Assembly (NCBI GenBank): GCA_963718525.1
Contig: OY970355.1
Location: 2,848,001 to 2,912,000 of the forward strand
Origin: Candidatus Dormiibacterota bacterium
Lineage (GTDB): Bacteria > Chloroflexota > Dormibacteria > Aeolococcales > Aeolococcaceae
Reading direction: 5' to 3'
DNA: 64,000 bases
Shown: positions 46,137 through 55,687 of the stretch, piece after piece
Layout: the number at the start of each line of letters is the position of its first letter
Position numbering within the stretch: the stretch's first letter is position 1
Translations under genes and position numbers: made by a program
Notes under the pieces: model-generated
Databases searched by the model: none
Seen by the model: only the letters and a program-made list of their open reading frames with translations
Told to the model about the DNA's origin: nothing

Positions 46137-48585
46137 GTAAGCCTTCGAACGCAACCGGTTCGACGGCGGGACTGAAAAGGTAGCCCTGAGCAAAGTCACA
46201 GCCGTGACGACGCAGGAAATCCGCCTGCAACGATGTCTCCACGCCTTCGGCGACAACCTTGAGGTGGAGTACGCGTGCCATGTCGAGGATGCTCTCGGCC
46301 AAGGTTGATCCTGGGTCAGCTGACGCCAGCTCGTCGACGAAGATCTTGTCGACCTTGAGCGTGTCAAACGGCAGCACCCTCAGCCGTGCGAGCGCCGAGT
46401 ACCCAGTGCCGAAGTCATCGATGGCCAGGTGAAGTCCGAGCGCCTTGAGGCCCTCAAGCGTCGCCAGCACCGCCTCGGACTCGGCGATCACGACACCCTC
46501 GGTGAGCTCAAGCTCGAGGTTCGCGGCCGAGTAGCCTGTCTCCTCGAGGATTCCCGCCACACTTGCGACCAGGTCTGGCCTGGTCAGATTGCTTCCCGAC
46601 AGGTTCACGGCAATGCGCATGAGCGGCAAGCCGGCCTCCTGCCACTTGCGACCCTGCGTACACGCCTCGCGCAACACCAGGGCGTCGATGCGCTCGACGA
46701 GACCGAGTTCCTCAGCAAGCGCGATAAAGACAAATGGACCCACCGATCCGCGCGTGGGGTGACGCCAGCGAGCGAGAGCTTCAGCACCAATGATCAGCCC
46801 GGTTTTGAGCTCAACCACCGGCTGGTACTGGACGCTGATGCCGCCCGAGTCAACCGCGGCGCGGAGATCCTCGCCCAGCAGCAACCGGTCGAGAAGATCG
46901 CTGCGCATCGCCGGGGCGAATACCTGGTACCGCGCCTTCCCGCTGCGCTTGGCGAAGTACATTGCCAGGTCGGCATCGGCGACCAACGTCTGCAAGCCGG
47001 CCCGGCCGGCCGCCGAAGCGACACCGATGCTGACGCGCGGAGCGATGTCTCGCCCGCTGATCACAAGCGGTCGTTGCACTGATCCGAGAATGCGTTCCGT
47101 CGCGGCCACGGCCTCCGCGGCGTCCGTCCCATCAAGCAGGATGGCGTACTCGTCGCCGCCCAGTCGTGCCACGGTATCCGTCGGACGCACCGCGGCGACC
47201 AGACGTTCGGCGATTGCGACCAGGAAGGCATCGCCGGCTTGATGCCCATGTGTGTCGTTGATTCTCTTGAAGTCGTCGATGTCCACGTAGAGGACGCTGT
47301 TGACGCGCTCATGGCCGGCCATGGCCGCCGATCCGTGCAGTTTCTGGGTGAACAGGTCGCGATTCGGCAGTCCTGTGAGGGAATCATGCAGCGCCTGGAA
47401 CGTGAGCCGCTCCTCGTAGTCGTGGCGCTCGCTCACATCGCTGACGTTGATCACCATTCCGGCCACAGCCGCATCGTCGAAACGATTGGTGACCCTTGCC
47501 CAGACATGATGCCAGCTGCCGTCTCTGTGCTTGAGCCGAGCCTCGATGTCGAGCACAAACCCATCGCCCCCGGACACGCTCTGGTCCCACGCCTCGCCAA
47601 CTGTTGCCAAGTCGTCTGGGTGCACGATATTCGTCAGGCGCGTCGAGGCAACACCGTCGACGTCGAGATAGTCGCGGAACGAAGGTGTCGCGAATACAAT
47701 CTCTCGCTTGGCGTCAACGACGAGGATGCCATCACCGACGTTCTCGACGAGCGCTGCGAGGCGGCGCTCCCTCGACTGCACCGCGTCACGTTCCTCACCG
47801 AGTTGATCTGCCAGGTTGTCAAACGACTGTCCCAACTCGGCGATCTCGTCGCCACTTCCCGCAGCGACGCGGTGTCGCAGGTCGCCCGAGGCGAGCCGCA
47901 CGGTGGCTTGCTTCAGTGCGTTGAGCGGGCGCAGCACCGAGTGCGCGAGCCGGCTCGACAGCCAGAGCGCGATCGCCAACCCGAGCACGAGAGCGAGCAC
48001 CACCGCAATTGCCGATGTGGCCACTGCCGCGTCGCGCTGCTGCCGCAACCCAACCACGTGAGCGTCCCCGATTGCCTCGAGGGCAAGAGCGCGCGTCGTG
48101 ACCGCTTTCACGTCAGCGTCGAGCGTGTCCTCCAGCGTGCTCGCGGTCGTGGGGTCGACGACGGCGGATGCACCCAGCACCCGAATCGCCGCTCGGTGAG
48201 CGCCGGTTGCTGCCCACAGCGATGTCAGCGACGGAAGCGCCTGGAGCTGAGCGGCCGTCATACCCGGCCGTGTTTCCAGCGCTTCAAAGTCGGAGTCGAC
48301 CTGTTGCTCCGATGCGCTCATGGCCTTCAGATCGTCGACGCCGCGGCCGACCAACACATCCAGCGCCACGAGGCCGAAGTGCTGGATATCCTCGTCGACG
48401 CCGGACACCGCAGCACTGACCTGTTGCGCGGTATCGAGGGCTGTCGACGCGCGTGAACTCACCAACAGGCCACCTCCTGAAACCGCCGCAAGGCCCACGA
48501 GGGGGAGCAGCGTCAGAAGACCGGCCCAGCGAAAGCGAGCTCTGAGCCGTTGTCCCGTGAATGGATCGCGCCACCAGTGCATCAA
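46090..48585 (-). CDS. Membrane HAMP-PAS-GGDEF-EAL c-di-GMP enzyme
   Basis: 2 TMs, HAMP DEIAELGQSFD, PAS VHPDD, RPTD...RLGGDEY, AEALARW, DDFGTGYS, EGVE, QGY. Confidence 0.95.
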   Translation of the reverse strand: MMHWWRDPFTGQRLRARFRWAGLLTLLPLVGLAAVSGGGLLVSSRASTALDTAQQVSAAVSGVDEDIQHFGLVALDVLVGRGVDDLKAMSASEQQVDSDFEALETRPGMTAAQLQALPSLTSLWAATGAHRAAIRVLGASAVVDPTTASTLEDTLDADVKAVTTRALALEAIGDAHVVGLRQQRDAAVATSAIAVVLALVLGLAIALWLSSRLAHSVLRPLNALKQATVRLASGDLRHRVAAGSGDEIAELGQSFDNLADQLGEERDAVQSRERRLAALVENVGDGILVVDAKREIVFATPSFRDYLDVDGVASTRLTNIVHPDDLATVGEAWDQSVSGGDGFVLDIEARLKHRDGSWHHVWARVTNRFDDAAVAGMVINVSDVSERHDYEERLTFQALHDSLTGLPNRDLFTQKLHGSAAMAGHERVNSVLYVDIDDFKRINDTHGHQAGDAFLVAIAERLVAAVRPTDTVARLGGDEYAILLDGTDAAEAVAATERILGSVQRPLVISGRDIAPRVSIGVASAAGRAGLQTLVADADLAMYFAKRSGKARYQVFAPAMRSDLLDRLLLGEDLRAAVDSGGISVQYQPVVELKTGLIIGAEALARWRHPTRGSVGPFVFIALAEELGLVERIDALVLREACTQGRKWQEAGLPLMRIAVNLSGSNLTRPDLVASVAGILEETGYSAANLELELTEGVVIAESEAVLATLEGLKALGLHLAIDDFGTGYSALARLRVLPFDTLKVDKIFVDELASADPGSTLAESILDMARVLHLKVVAEGVETSLQADFLRRHGCDFAQGYLFSPAVEPVAFEGLLTRGRMLPAVAVAIA

Positions 48586-48778
48586 ATCTCAGGCCTCCAG
48601 TCACAGGCTCAGGCGGCCGCTGTGCGGCGCGAACCGGTGTACGTGCGTGCCGACGTCGCTCGTAGAAGAGTGTCCCCTCGCGGCGACCCGTCTGGACCGG
48701 TAGCGCCGTCTTGTCGAATGCTGATACACGCGCGTGCTGATCGCGGCCTTCGAATACGATCCCGGTGAACGAGAGTGG

Positions 48779-49066
48779 CTACGGGATCCCTGGGTTCTCG
48801 GTCTCGGAGCCGGGAAGAAGTTGGTGGAGGCCCAGGACGACCGCGTTCAGCAGCATGGTGTTGCCGCACTTACGGCAGATCAGCGCGATCGACGGCAGGC
48901 TCTGCCCTCCTCCGACGGCCTCGGGCCGTCGCTTCGTGGAGAGGAACACGAACCCATCTGCCAGCGTATACCCGGCTCGCTTTCCACAGAAGGGACACGC
49001 CCGCAGATCCGGGACCGCGGCCTGGATAGCACGCTCGATGGCAGCCTGGTCTTCTGGCGTCCACAT
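48779..49066 (-). CDS. Small zinc-ribbon protein
   Basis: 95 aa; CPFCG...ICRKCGNT; TATCCT-N7-ATG. Confidence 0.75.
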   Translation of the reverse strand: MWTPEDQAAIERAIQAAVPDLRACPFCGKRAGYTLADGFVFLSTKRRPEAVGGGQSLPSIALICRKCGNTMLLNAVVLGLHQLLPGSETENPGIP

Positions 49067-49121
49067 GTGGCGCAGGATAGGCACACTCACCGCCACGACG
49101 CTGAGGCGGCCATGCGAGCGC

Positions 49122-50174
49122 TCATCGCGGTTGGCGGCCATCCTGCTCGCGCTTTCGGCGGTACATCGCCTGGTCGGCGGAGCGCAGCAGTGTGTGTATG
49201 TCATCGCCGTCGCGCGGAAATGTCGCGACGCCGATCGTGGCGCCGACCGACACGGTTTTGCCGTCATAGGCGAGGACCTGGCGGAGCCTGACCTCAAGCT
49301 TTCGAGCCACCTCGACGGCCGTCTCGGCAGCAGCCATTCGGGAAAGGAGCACCGTGAATTCATCGCCGCCTTGACGCGCGACGGTATCGGACTCGCGGAC
49401 GGATTTGACCAGACGATCGGCGACCAGCTGCAGCACGACGTCGCCACCGTCGTGGCCGAGCGTGTCGTTGACCGCCTTGAACCCGTCGAGGTCGATCGCC
49501 AAGATCGCGAACGGTTGTGTGGTTCGTTTCGCTGCCAGCAAAGCTTGCGAGATGCGGTCGTACAGCAATACTCGGTTGGGCAGCCCGGTCAGGGGGTCGT
49601 GAAGCGCCTGATGTGAAAGCGTTTCGCGCTCGGCTGCGAGCTCGCTGTTGAGTTCCGTCATTCGGCGATCAAATGCTCGCGCGACTTGGATCAGGCTCGC
49701 GTCGCAGCTGATCCGCACCACCCGCAGCGCGTCGTTGAGTGGCTCACGTGGTGTATGCAGGCGCGTCGCCTCATCGCGGAGGATTTCACCGACCGTGTCC
49801 CGCCAGATCAAGTAGGCGCGTGTGATGTTCACCGTTGACTGCTCCAGGGACGCGGCGAGATCACCTCGCTCAGCGATGTACTGCATCTCCTCAGCCGAAA
49901 CAGGAACCCCGTATGCCATCCAGCGTGCGACCATCACGGTGGCGAGCCAGTTGACACCTCGCGATCGCTCGGTGTAGTCCGGATCCGCGGGACGGCCTGC
50001 CCAGCCATAAGCGGTGGCGCGCGAATAGCAGAGATCGCAGCACTCCTCTGCCCGGAGGCCGAGAGCGATACCAAGCGCTCGGCCCGCGTCGGAAACCTGA
50101 TTCGGGGTTTCGGCGTGGCTCGGCCGATGCGGGGGTCGATCCGTCTGTGGCACCGGCTGCATCTCGGCACCCAT
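49122..50174 (-). CDS. Diguanylate cyclase with an N-terminal helical sensor (start 50174 or 50162)
   Basis: HDPLTGLPNR, DLDGFK.VND..GH..GD, RESD I-site, RQGGDEF, ADQAMY. Confidence 0.93.
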   Translation of the reverse strand: MGAEMQPVPQTDRPPHRPSHAETPNQVSDAGRALGIALGLRAEECCDLCYSRATAYGWAGRPADPDYTERSRGVNWLATVMVARWMAYGVPVSAEEMQYIAERGDLAASLEQSTVNITRAYLIWRDTVGEILRDEATRLHTPREPLNDALRVVRISCDASLIQVARAFDRRMTELNSELAAERETLSHQALHDPLTGLPNRVLLYDRISQALLAAKRTTQPFAILAIDLDGFKAVNDTLGHDGGDVVLQLVADRLVKSVRESDTVARQGGDEFTVLLSRMAAAETAVEVARKLEVRLRQVLAYDGKTVSVGATIGVATFPRDGDDIHTLLRSADQAMYRRKREQDGRQPR

Positions 50175-50216
50175 CCTAGGTCTCCGCGCAGCGCGCCTCC
50201 TGACCGTGCCGGACTG

Positions 50217-50232
50217 TGTGTCCGATGTCACA
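50217..50232. promoter_or_regulatory. CRP-like box upstream of the diguanylate cyclase
   Basis: TGTGT-N6-TCACA, 9/10 match to TGTGA-N6-TCACA. Confidence 0.45.
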
Positions 50233-50245
50233 CCTCCGCGAGGTG

Positions 50246-51634
50246 TCAGCTGGCTGGGCGCTGGAAACGTAGCGGGGTGAAGCGCACGTAGGCCGCCGGC
50301 ACGGTGTTGTACGTGGGTCCGAGCGCTGTGGCGACAGCGTTGAGCGCGGCGGGGCTCGTGCCTCCCCAATGTCCGGTGTTGACGCGGTGGATCAGCGCCT
50401 TGAAGGCCGCGATGGTCTCCGCAGGCGTGAACGTGCAATGTCCCGCGCGGCTGACGAAGTCCTGTCGCAGGAGATACCCCTTGCCGGCCTTGTCCACGGT
50501 GTTCTCGTATTGTGCCTCCGCCTCGTTGACGACGAGCCCATCAGCAGTGGTGTGCAGCGTAAGCACAGGCTGGCTGAGATCGCCGTTGAAGACGATGTTG
50601 TGCTTGAGATATGCGACCGCGCTCGGTACGGAGCTGATCCGCGGAGCGGCGGTCAGCGTCGCGATGTCGGCGCTGAGGCTGAGCCCAGCGGCATGGTAGA
50701 GCGCCTTGACCTCGTTGTAGTCAGGCGACTCCTGCAGCTGCCGCCAGAAGTTGACCCCACCGGTCCAGGACGGGTTGCCTCCGGCACGCGCCTCGAGTTC
50801 GGCACGGAACGCAAACGCGAAAGGTCCGTCGACCTGGGTTTCCCAGAGGAACTGGTTCGCTTCCTGAGCCGTGTAGTCGGTCGGCGCCGGTTCGGGGCTT
50901 GCCGGATCGAACCAGCCGGGGATGTCGCCGAGCGCGCTCGCCAGAGCGATGCGTGCCTGCCCCTGCGGAGTTGCCTGTGCGCCTGCGAAAAGTGCCTCGC
51001 TCAACGCCAGGTTGGCGGTCGGGTTCGTGATGTTCACGATCTGGAGGCCCGAGGTCGGGCCGAGGAGTTGCTGCACCGCAAGCGCTGAGTTGAGCGCGAG
51101 GTTCCACGTCTGCACGCCGCCCGCGACGACGCCACACATCGGGAGAGCCGCTGTGAAGCGCTCTGGCGCAACCTGGATGAGGCCGGCGGTGATCATGCCG
51201 CCGAGGGAGTGTCCCCAGGCGATGGTGCGGTCCGGCCTGCGGACGAGATGATCGAACGTGTTCAAGGTCGCCAGCTGGTCCGGGATCGCCTGCTGGATCG
51301 CCCAGCCTGTGGTCGCGTACGAGGAACCGGCGAGCGCGTAGCCATTGGTGAGGAGCCACTGGCCGGTGAGCGGATCGCCGACGTCGGTCGCGGGGTTCGG
51401 GCTCCCCGGGACGACGTAGCCGTGGCTGTACAGGACGAGCGTGCCGTTCCAGTCGGCGGGCACCTGAATGAGGTAGGTCGCTCCGTCGGCAAGGGTTCCG
51501 GTCAGCGTCTCCGGACCGCTGGCCAGCGCCCGGGACGGGCCGAAGCCGACCACCGCGAACCCGAGGCCGAGCGCAACGGCGCTGAGTTTCGCAATCGCGG
51601 CCCGAGTTCGTTGTGCCACTCGTACCCGAAGCAT
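50246..51634 (-). CDS. Secreted alpha/beta-hydrolase (S9/tannase-like)
   Basis: Signal peptide, VPADWNGTLVLYSHGY, GHSLGG, HTTADGLV, AGHCTF; AAGGAGG RBS. Confidence 0.88.
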   Translation of the reverse strand: MLRVRVAQRTRAAIAKLSAVALGLGFAVVGFGPSRALASGPETLTGTLADGATYLIQVPADWNGTLVLYSHGYVVPGSPNPATDVGDPLTGQWLLTNGYALAGSSYATTGWAIQQAIPDQLATLNTFDHLVRRPDRTIAWGHSLGGMITAGLIQVAPERFTAALPMCGVVAGGVQTWNLALNSALAVQQLLGPTSGLQIVNITNPTANLALSEALFAGAQATPQGQARIALASALGDIPGWFDPASPEPAPTDYTAQEANQFLWETQVDGPFAFAFRAELEARAGGNPSWTGGVNFWRQLQESPDYNEVKALYHAAGLSLSADIATLTAAPRISSVPSAVAYLKHNIVFNGDLSQPVLTLHTTADGLVVNEAEAQYENTVDKAGKGYLLRQDFVSRAGHCTFTPAETIAAFKALIHRVNTGHWGGTSPAALNAVATALGPTYNTVPAAYVRFTPLRFQRPAS

Positions 51635-51677
51635 GTCCACCTCCTTGCGTGAGGCGACGGTTGACGTCGCGCCGACG

Positions 51678-52256
51678 CTACCTCTGGCGGTCCTCCACCG
51701 TCAAGGCGGGCTGGGCGCTTCCCCATCCGCGCGCCGGAGTGGAGACACGCGGTACTGCAGGGGTCACACTGACGGGCTCGTGGCGCGACATGGGCACCAC
51801 CGCCGAGGGCGATTCTGTCGCGACCTTCACCTTCCGTGGGATGGTGACACTGATGAGCCCGCCCAGGAAGGCAATTACCGCGCCGCCGGCGAGCAAAAGG
51901 TAGCCAACCTGGAGATCCCGCGCCAGCGACGCGGCCGGGGCCAGCTGATCGATGTCGTGTTTGAAGCCGCTCAACAGGAACGCGATCAACAGAGCCCAGA
52001 TGATCGCCAGCATTGAGATGAGCAAACCCAGGGCGCGAGAGATCATCCCGCCTCTGAGAACAACGACCAGCCCGGTGAGCATGAGCAGACCTCCCAGGGC
52101 GAAGCTCACCCAGGCATCGACGGGAGTGCCTCCCATCGTGAAGCCGTTCAGATTCTGCCCGGAAGCCGGGAGCGTGACCCAGCTCAGGGAAACGCCGACG
52201 GAGATGAGGGCCCCACCTGCGACAAGCAGCAGCCCAGCAAGGAAACGTCTCGCCAT
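51678..52256 (-). CDS. Hypothetical 4-TM membrane protein
   Basis: AAGGAGG RBS; LSW...DAW...GYLLL.GG. Confidence 0.75.
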   Translation of the reverse strand: MARRFLAGLLLVAGGALISVGVSLSWVTLPASGQNLNGFTMGGTPVDAWVSFALGGLLMLTGLVVVLRGGMISRALGLLISMLAIIWALLIAFLLSGFKHDIDQLAPAASLARDLQVGYLLLAGGAVIAFLGGLISVTIPRKVKVATESPSAVVPMSRHEPVSVTPAVPRVSTPARGWGSAQPALTVEDRQR

Positions 52257-52353
52257 TGCGGTTACCTCCTTTGCCGTTCCACCGTAGCACCGCCGTACCA
52301 CTCGGCTGCCCCGGCGTAACCTCCGCGCGACCAGCCCTTTCGGTAGGCACACC

Positions 52354-54906
52354 ATGCTGGGCGGGTGTGCTCAGTCGGAAGGCGTGCGTGCAGTGGATCT
52401 GACAACTGAGCGAGGGTTCCAGGCTGTCGAAGGGATCAGTCGGGCGCGGGATGCCCAGGAACTCGTCGACGCTGTGCTTCAGGGGCTGACATCCCATGGT
52501 CTTCGGGGATCGTGGGGCACGCTCCGAGGTGATGAGGTCGTGATGGCGGGCGTCGCGGTGCCTGACGATGACACCGCGCGCATCGAGGAGATCCTCCGGG
52601 TCCCGCTCGGATCGATGCGCTTCCAGCTGGCGGCCTACGCATCGTTCGCCACGGCCGTTCGCCGGCGCACCTCAACCATCGAGCCGGCGTTCCCGTCCCG
52701 GATGATCTCGATGTTTCCGAATCTCACCGACGCCGAACGGGCCGCGGTCCGGAAGCATCTGGGTCCTGGCCCGTTGGTGGTCGTGCCCATCACCGACGAC
52801 GACACGATCCTCGGCCTATTGCTTGCATGGGGTCCCGGCGTGGCCTCGAAGCGCCGTGTGGTCGAGAGTCTTGCCACGGTGGCGGGGCTGGCATGGCACA
52901 GAGTGCGAGAACCTACCGGAGCGATTCACGTTCCTGCCAAGACGAGCGTCAACCCGACCGGCGAGCTGGCGGACGCCATTGCCGAGCTCCTCGCCCCCGG
53001 CACCATTCGCGCAGCGCTCCAGCCCGTTGTCCGTCTCCGGGATCGCATCGTGCTCGGCTACGAGGCGCTCTGTCGCTTCACGCCGCGTGGCGGCTTACGA
53101 AACCCCGACGATCTGTTCGCGGCCGTCGTCATCACCGGCCAGAAGCTCGACGTCGACGCTGCGTGCCTGACTGCGGCGTTCGCCGCCGGTACCCAAGCGC
53201 CTCCGGCGACACTCTTCGTCAACGTCGCGGTGGAGACGTTGGTCGAGGGAAGCCCGGCTGGAGACCGTCTCTCGCGGATGGCCGAGACTGCGGGAGTTGC
53301 TCCGGAAAACGTCGTCCTCGAAGTGAGCGAGCGCACTCCGATTGGCGATCTCACGCGCCTGCGACGAGTTGTCGCCGAGTTGCGCGCACGCGGCTTTCGC
53401 ATCGCCATCGATGATGCCGGCGCGGGCCACGCCAGCATGCTCGTCATCGCCGAGGTGCAACCGGAGTTCATCAAGATTGACCGGCAGCTGATTCACGGTA
53501 TTGACGTCAGCGCCGCACGCCGTGCGCTGGCCGTCTCGCTGCTCTCTTTCGGGGCGCACATCAACGCTCGTGTCATCGCAGAAGGTATCGAGACCGACGA
53601 TGAGCTCCAGACGCTGCTGAGCCTTGGTGTTCAATTCGGTCAAGGGTGGCTCCTCGGCCGCCCCGTCATGGTCGCGCCTCCGGTGGATGCCACCAGCGTG
53701 GTGGCCGTCACATCTGATTGGTTCAAGGAGCAGCGCGCCGCCTCGTTCCGAACCAGCGTCCTCGAGATGTCGCCGAACAATCTCGACGGCAGCAAGGCTG
53801 AAGCGCCGGAACCCACGAGAAGACGCGCTGCTCTGCCACGCGCTCTCATCAACGCCGCGGCTGCGCTCCAGTCGGAGCACGACCCAGCCGGAATTCTTCG
53901 GGTCATCGCTGATCAACTGCCATCGGTTGTTCCGGTTGACGCTGTCTATATCTATGCTGCTGACGAGAGTCACAACCGGTTCCTCCCGGTCTACGCCACG
54001 GGGAGCGAGGCCAAGGCGCGGATGGCATACGGCTACTCCATGGATTCCGGCGTGAATGGATGGGCGTTCAAGATCGGCGTACCGCAATACGTCAAGGATG
54101 TCAGCGCGCACCCAGCGACCATAACGATTCCTGGAACGCCCGTCGGCGAGCCCGAGTCGTATCTCATCATCCCGCTCATCGCCGGGGATCGGCGGCTGGG
54201 TGTGCTCGACTGCAGCCGGGTGGGCATCAATCGGTTCACGAGCCGCGACCTCGAGGCCGCGGCGCTGTTCGGTCATACCGCGGCTGCGGCATGGCGCAAT
54301 GCCGAGCTCTACGCGGAGCTCACCGAGCGCGCGATCCTGGATCCTTTGACCGGTCTCCTCAACAGTCGCTGGCTTCGCGAGGTCGGCGACCGCGAGGTGT
54401 CGCAGAGTCTGCGCAGCGGTCGGTCACTTGCGATCCTGCTGCTCGACCTCGACAAGTTCAAGCAGATCAACGACACCGGGGGGCACAGTGCGGGCGACCT
54501 CGTGTTGCGCCGTGTGGGCGCTGTGCTCACAAGCATGATTCGCTCCGGAGATGCAGCGGTACAACTCGGCGGCGAAGAGTTCCTCGTTGTTCTCCGTGAT
54601 ACCGACACGGCGGGCGCGGAACGCGTGGCGCTGGAGTTTCGCGATCGGCTCGCGGCAGTTCCTCTCCCCCGGAGCTGTCTGCCTCGCCGCAATCTCACGG
54701 TTTCCGCTGGGATTGCCCTGCTTCCTCACAACGGGAGCCTCCTCCCAGAGTTGGTGAAGGCCGCGGATGTGGCCATGTATGAAGCGAAGCGCGCCGGTGG
54801 TGATCGGCACCATCTCAGTACCCACCGCCCAAACAAGCGGCCGTCAGTGCGACCCAAGGGCACGATCGCTGCTGCTACGGTCGTGCCCATGAAACTGGGT
54901 CGCTGA
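52354..54906 (+). CDS. GAF-like, EAL, GAF, GGDEF c-di-GMP enzyme (start uncertain)
   Basis: QPVV, YEALCR, DDAGAGHAS, AEGIE, QGW; GAF; DPLTGLLN, RSGD, QLGGEEF. Confidence 0.93.
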   Translation: MLGGCAQSEGVRAVDLTTERGFQAVEGISRARDAQELVDAVLQGLTSHGLRGSWGTLRGDEVVMAGVAVPDDDTARIEEILRVPLGSMRFQLAAYASFATAVRRRTSTIEPAFPSRMISMFPNLTDAERAAVRKHLGPGPLVVVPITDDDTILGLLLAWGPGVASKRRVVESLATVAGLAWHRVREPTGAIHVPAKTSVNPTGELADAIAELLAPGTIRAALQPVVRLRDRIVLGYEALCRFTPRGGLRNPDDLFAAVVITGQKLDVDAACLTAAFAAGTQAPPATLFVNVAVETLVEGSPAGDRLSRMAETAGVAPENVVLEVSERTPIGDLTRLRRVVAELRARGFRIAIDDAGAGHASMLVIAEVQPEFIKIDRQLIHGIDVSAARRALAVSLLSFGAHINARVIAEGIETDDELQTLLSLGVQFGQGWLLGRPVMVAPPVDATSVVAVTSDWFKEQRAASFRTSVLEMSPNNLDGSKAEAPEPTRRRAALPRALINAAAALQSEHDPAGILRVIADQLPSVVPVDAVYIYAADESHNRFLPVYATGSEAKARMAYGYSMDSGVNGWAFKIGVPQYVKDVSAHPATITIPGTPVGEPESYLIIPLIAGDRRLGVLDCSRVGINRFTSRDLEAAALFGHTAAAAWRNAELYAELTERAILDPLTGLLNSRWLREVGDREVSQSLRSGRSLAILLLDLDKFKQINDTGGHSAGDLVLRRVGAVLTSMIRSGDAAVQLGGEEFLVVLRDTDTAGAERVALEFRDRLAAVPLPRSCLPRRNLTVSAGIALLPHNGSLLPELVKAADVAMYEAKRAGGDRHHLSTHRPNKRPSVRPKGTIAAATVVPMKLGR

Positions 54907-54970
54907 ACGAGCGCGTGACCAGCCGACACTGCTGGCGTAACTCGATACGCGGCAGCCGAGTTGAGTGGAC

Positions 54971-55630
54971 ATGGGAGGACAACACAGTCCGCAGCGGTGG
55001 CGGTTGCGACCGCGAACCGTGATCGGCGGCGGCGTCGCCGTGCTAGTCGTTGCCGGTGTCATCTTTGGAGCGGTCGAGGACGTGGGGACTCATCGAGCGC
55101 TAGGGAGCGCTGAGTCCAACGTCGCCTCGACCCGCCGGGATCTCGTTGCTGTATCCGCGGCGGCAAGCAGTCTGAAGGGGCAATTGGGGGTTCTTGTCTC
55201 GGCACAAGCCTCAATGCGGGCGCAGGAGGCTTTGCTGACGTCGGAGAACGCCTCATTGGCGGCGCAATTGTCCGCTGAAGCGGCTGCTCAGGCGGCGCGA
55301 GTTGGAGCTCCGATCTTCGAAAAGTCCGGTTCGGGGGGGATTCCCGAGCCAGCCGCCGTCACCGTCGTGGTCGCGGCGTCAGGTCCGTACGTCGTTCGAT
55401 ATGCCCTTTCTGGGTGCTCGAATGATTCGCCGCTCGCCTTTACCCTATTGGCCAGCGCGACGAACGAGTTCGTGCACCTGGCACCGAACGCCGGCGGGAA
55501 CCTCACCGGCACGAACGTTGTTTACCTGGCGGCAGGCAACTGGTGGTTCTGGGGCGGTGGTCAGCTGGCGAGCACAGGTGCCCTTGACTCACACTGCAAG
55601 TGGACACTCGCCATCGCCCACAACGGCTAA
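54971..55630 (+). CDS. Hypothetical membrane-anchored coiled-coil protein
   Basis: One TM, heptad region, C-terminal beta domain with a Cys pair. Confidence 0.65.
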   Translation: MGGQHSPQRWRLRPRTVIGGGVAVLVVAGVIFGAVEDVGTHRALGSAESNVASTRRDLVAVSAAASSLKGQLGVLVSAQASMRAQEALLTSENASLAAQLSAEAAAQAARVGAPIFEKSGSGGIPEPAAVTVVVAASGPYVVRYALSGCSNDSPLAFTLLASATNEFVHLAPNAGGNLTGTNVVYLAAGNWWFWGGGQLASTGALDSHCKWTLAIAHNG

Positions 55631-55650
55631 CCGCGCTCCGGACCTCGGCC

Positions 55651-55687
55651 TTGACTTTCCAGTAAGGGGAGACCGCATGCTTCGGGC
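55651..55687 (+). promoter_or_regulatory. MerR-type promoter with a 19-bp spacer
   Basis: TTGACT-N19-CATGCT-N6-ATG with an imperfect dyad in the spacer. Confidence 0.75.

Noticed and set aside
52301-54962. GGCAGCCGAGT at about 52301 (-) and 54951 (+), resembling the 3' end of a c-di-GMP-I riboswitch
   Set aside because: The upstream GGCAAAC...GACGCAAAG core is absent; a sigma28-like -10 is possible but unsupported
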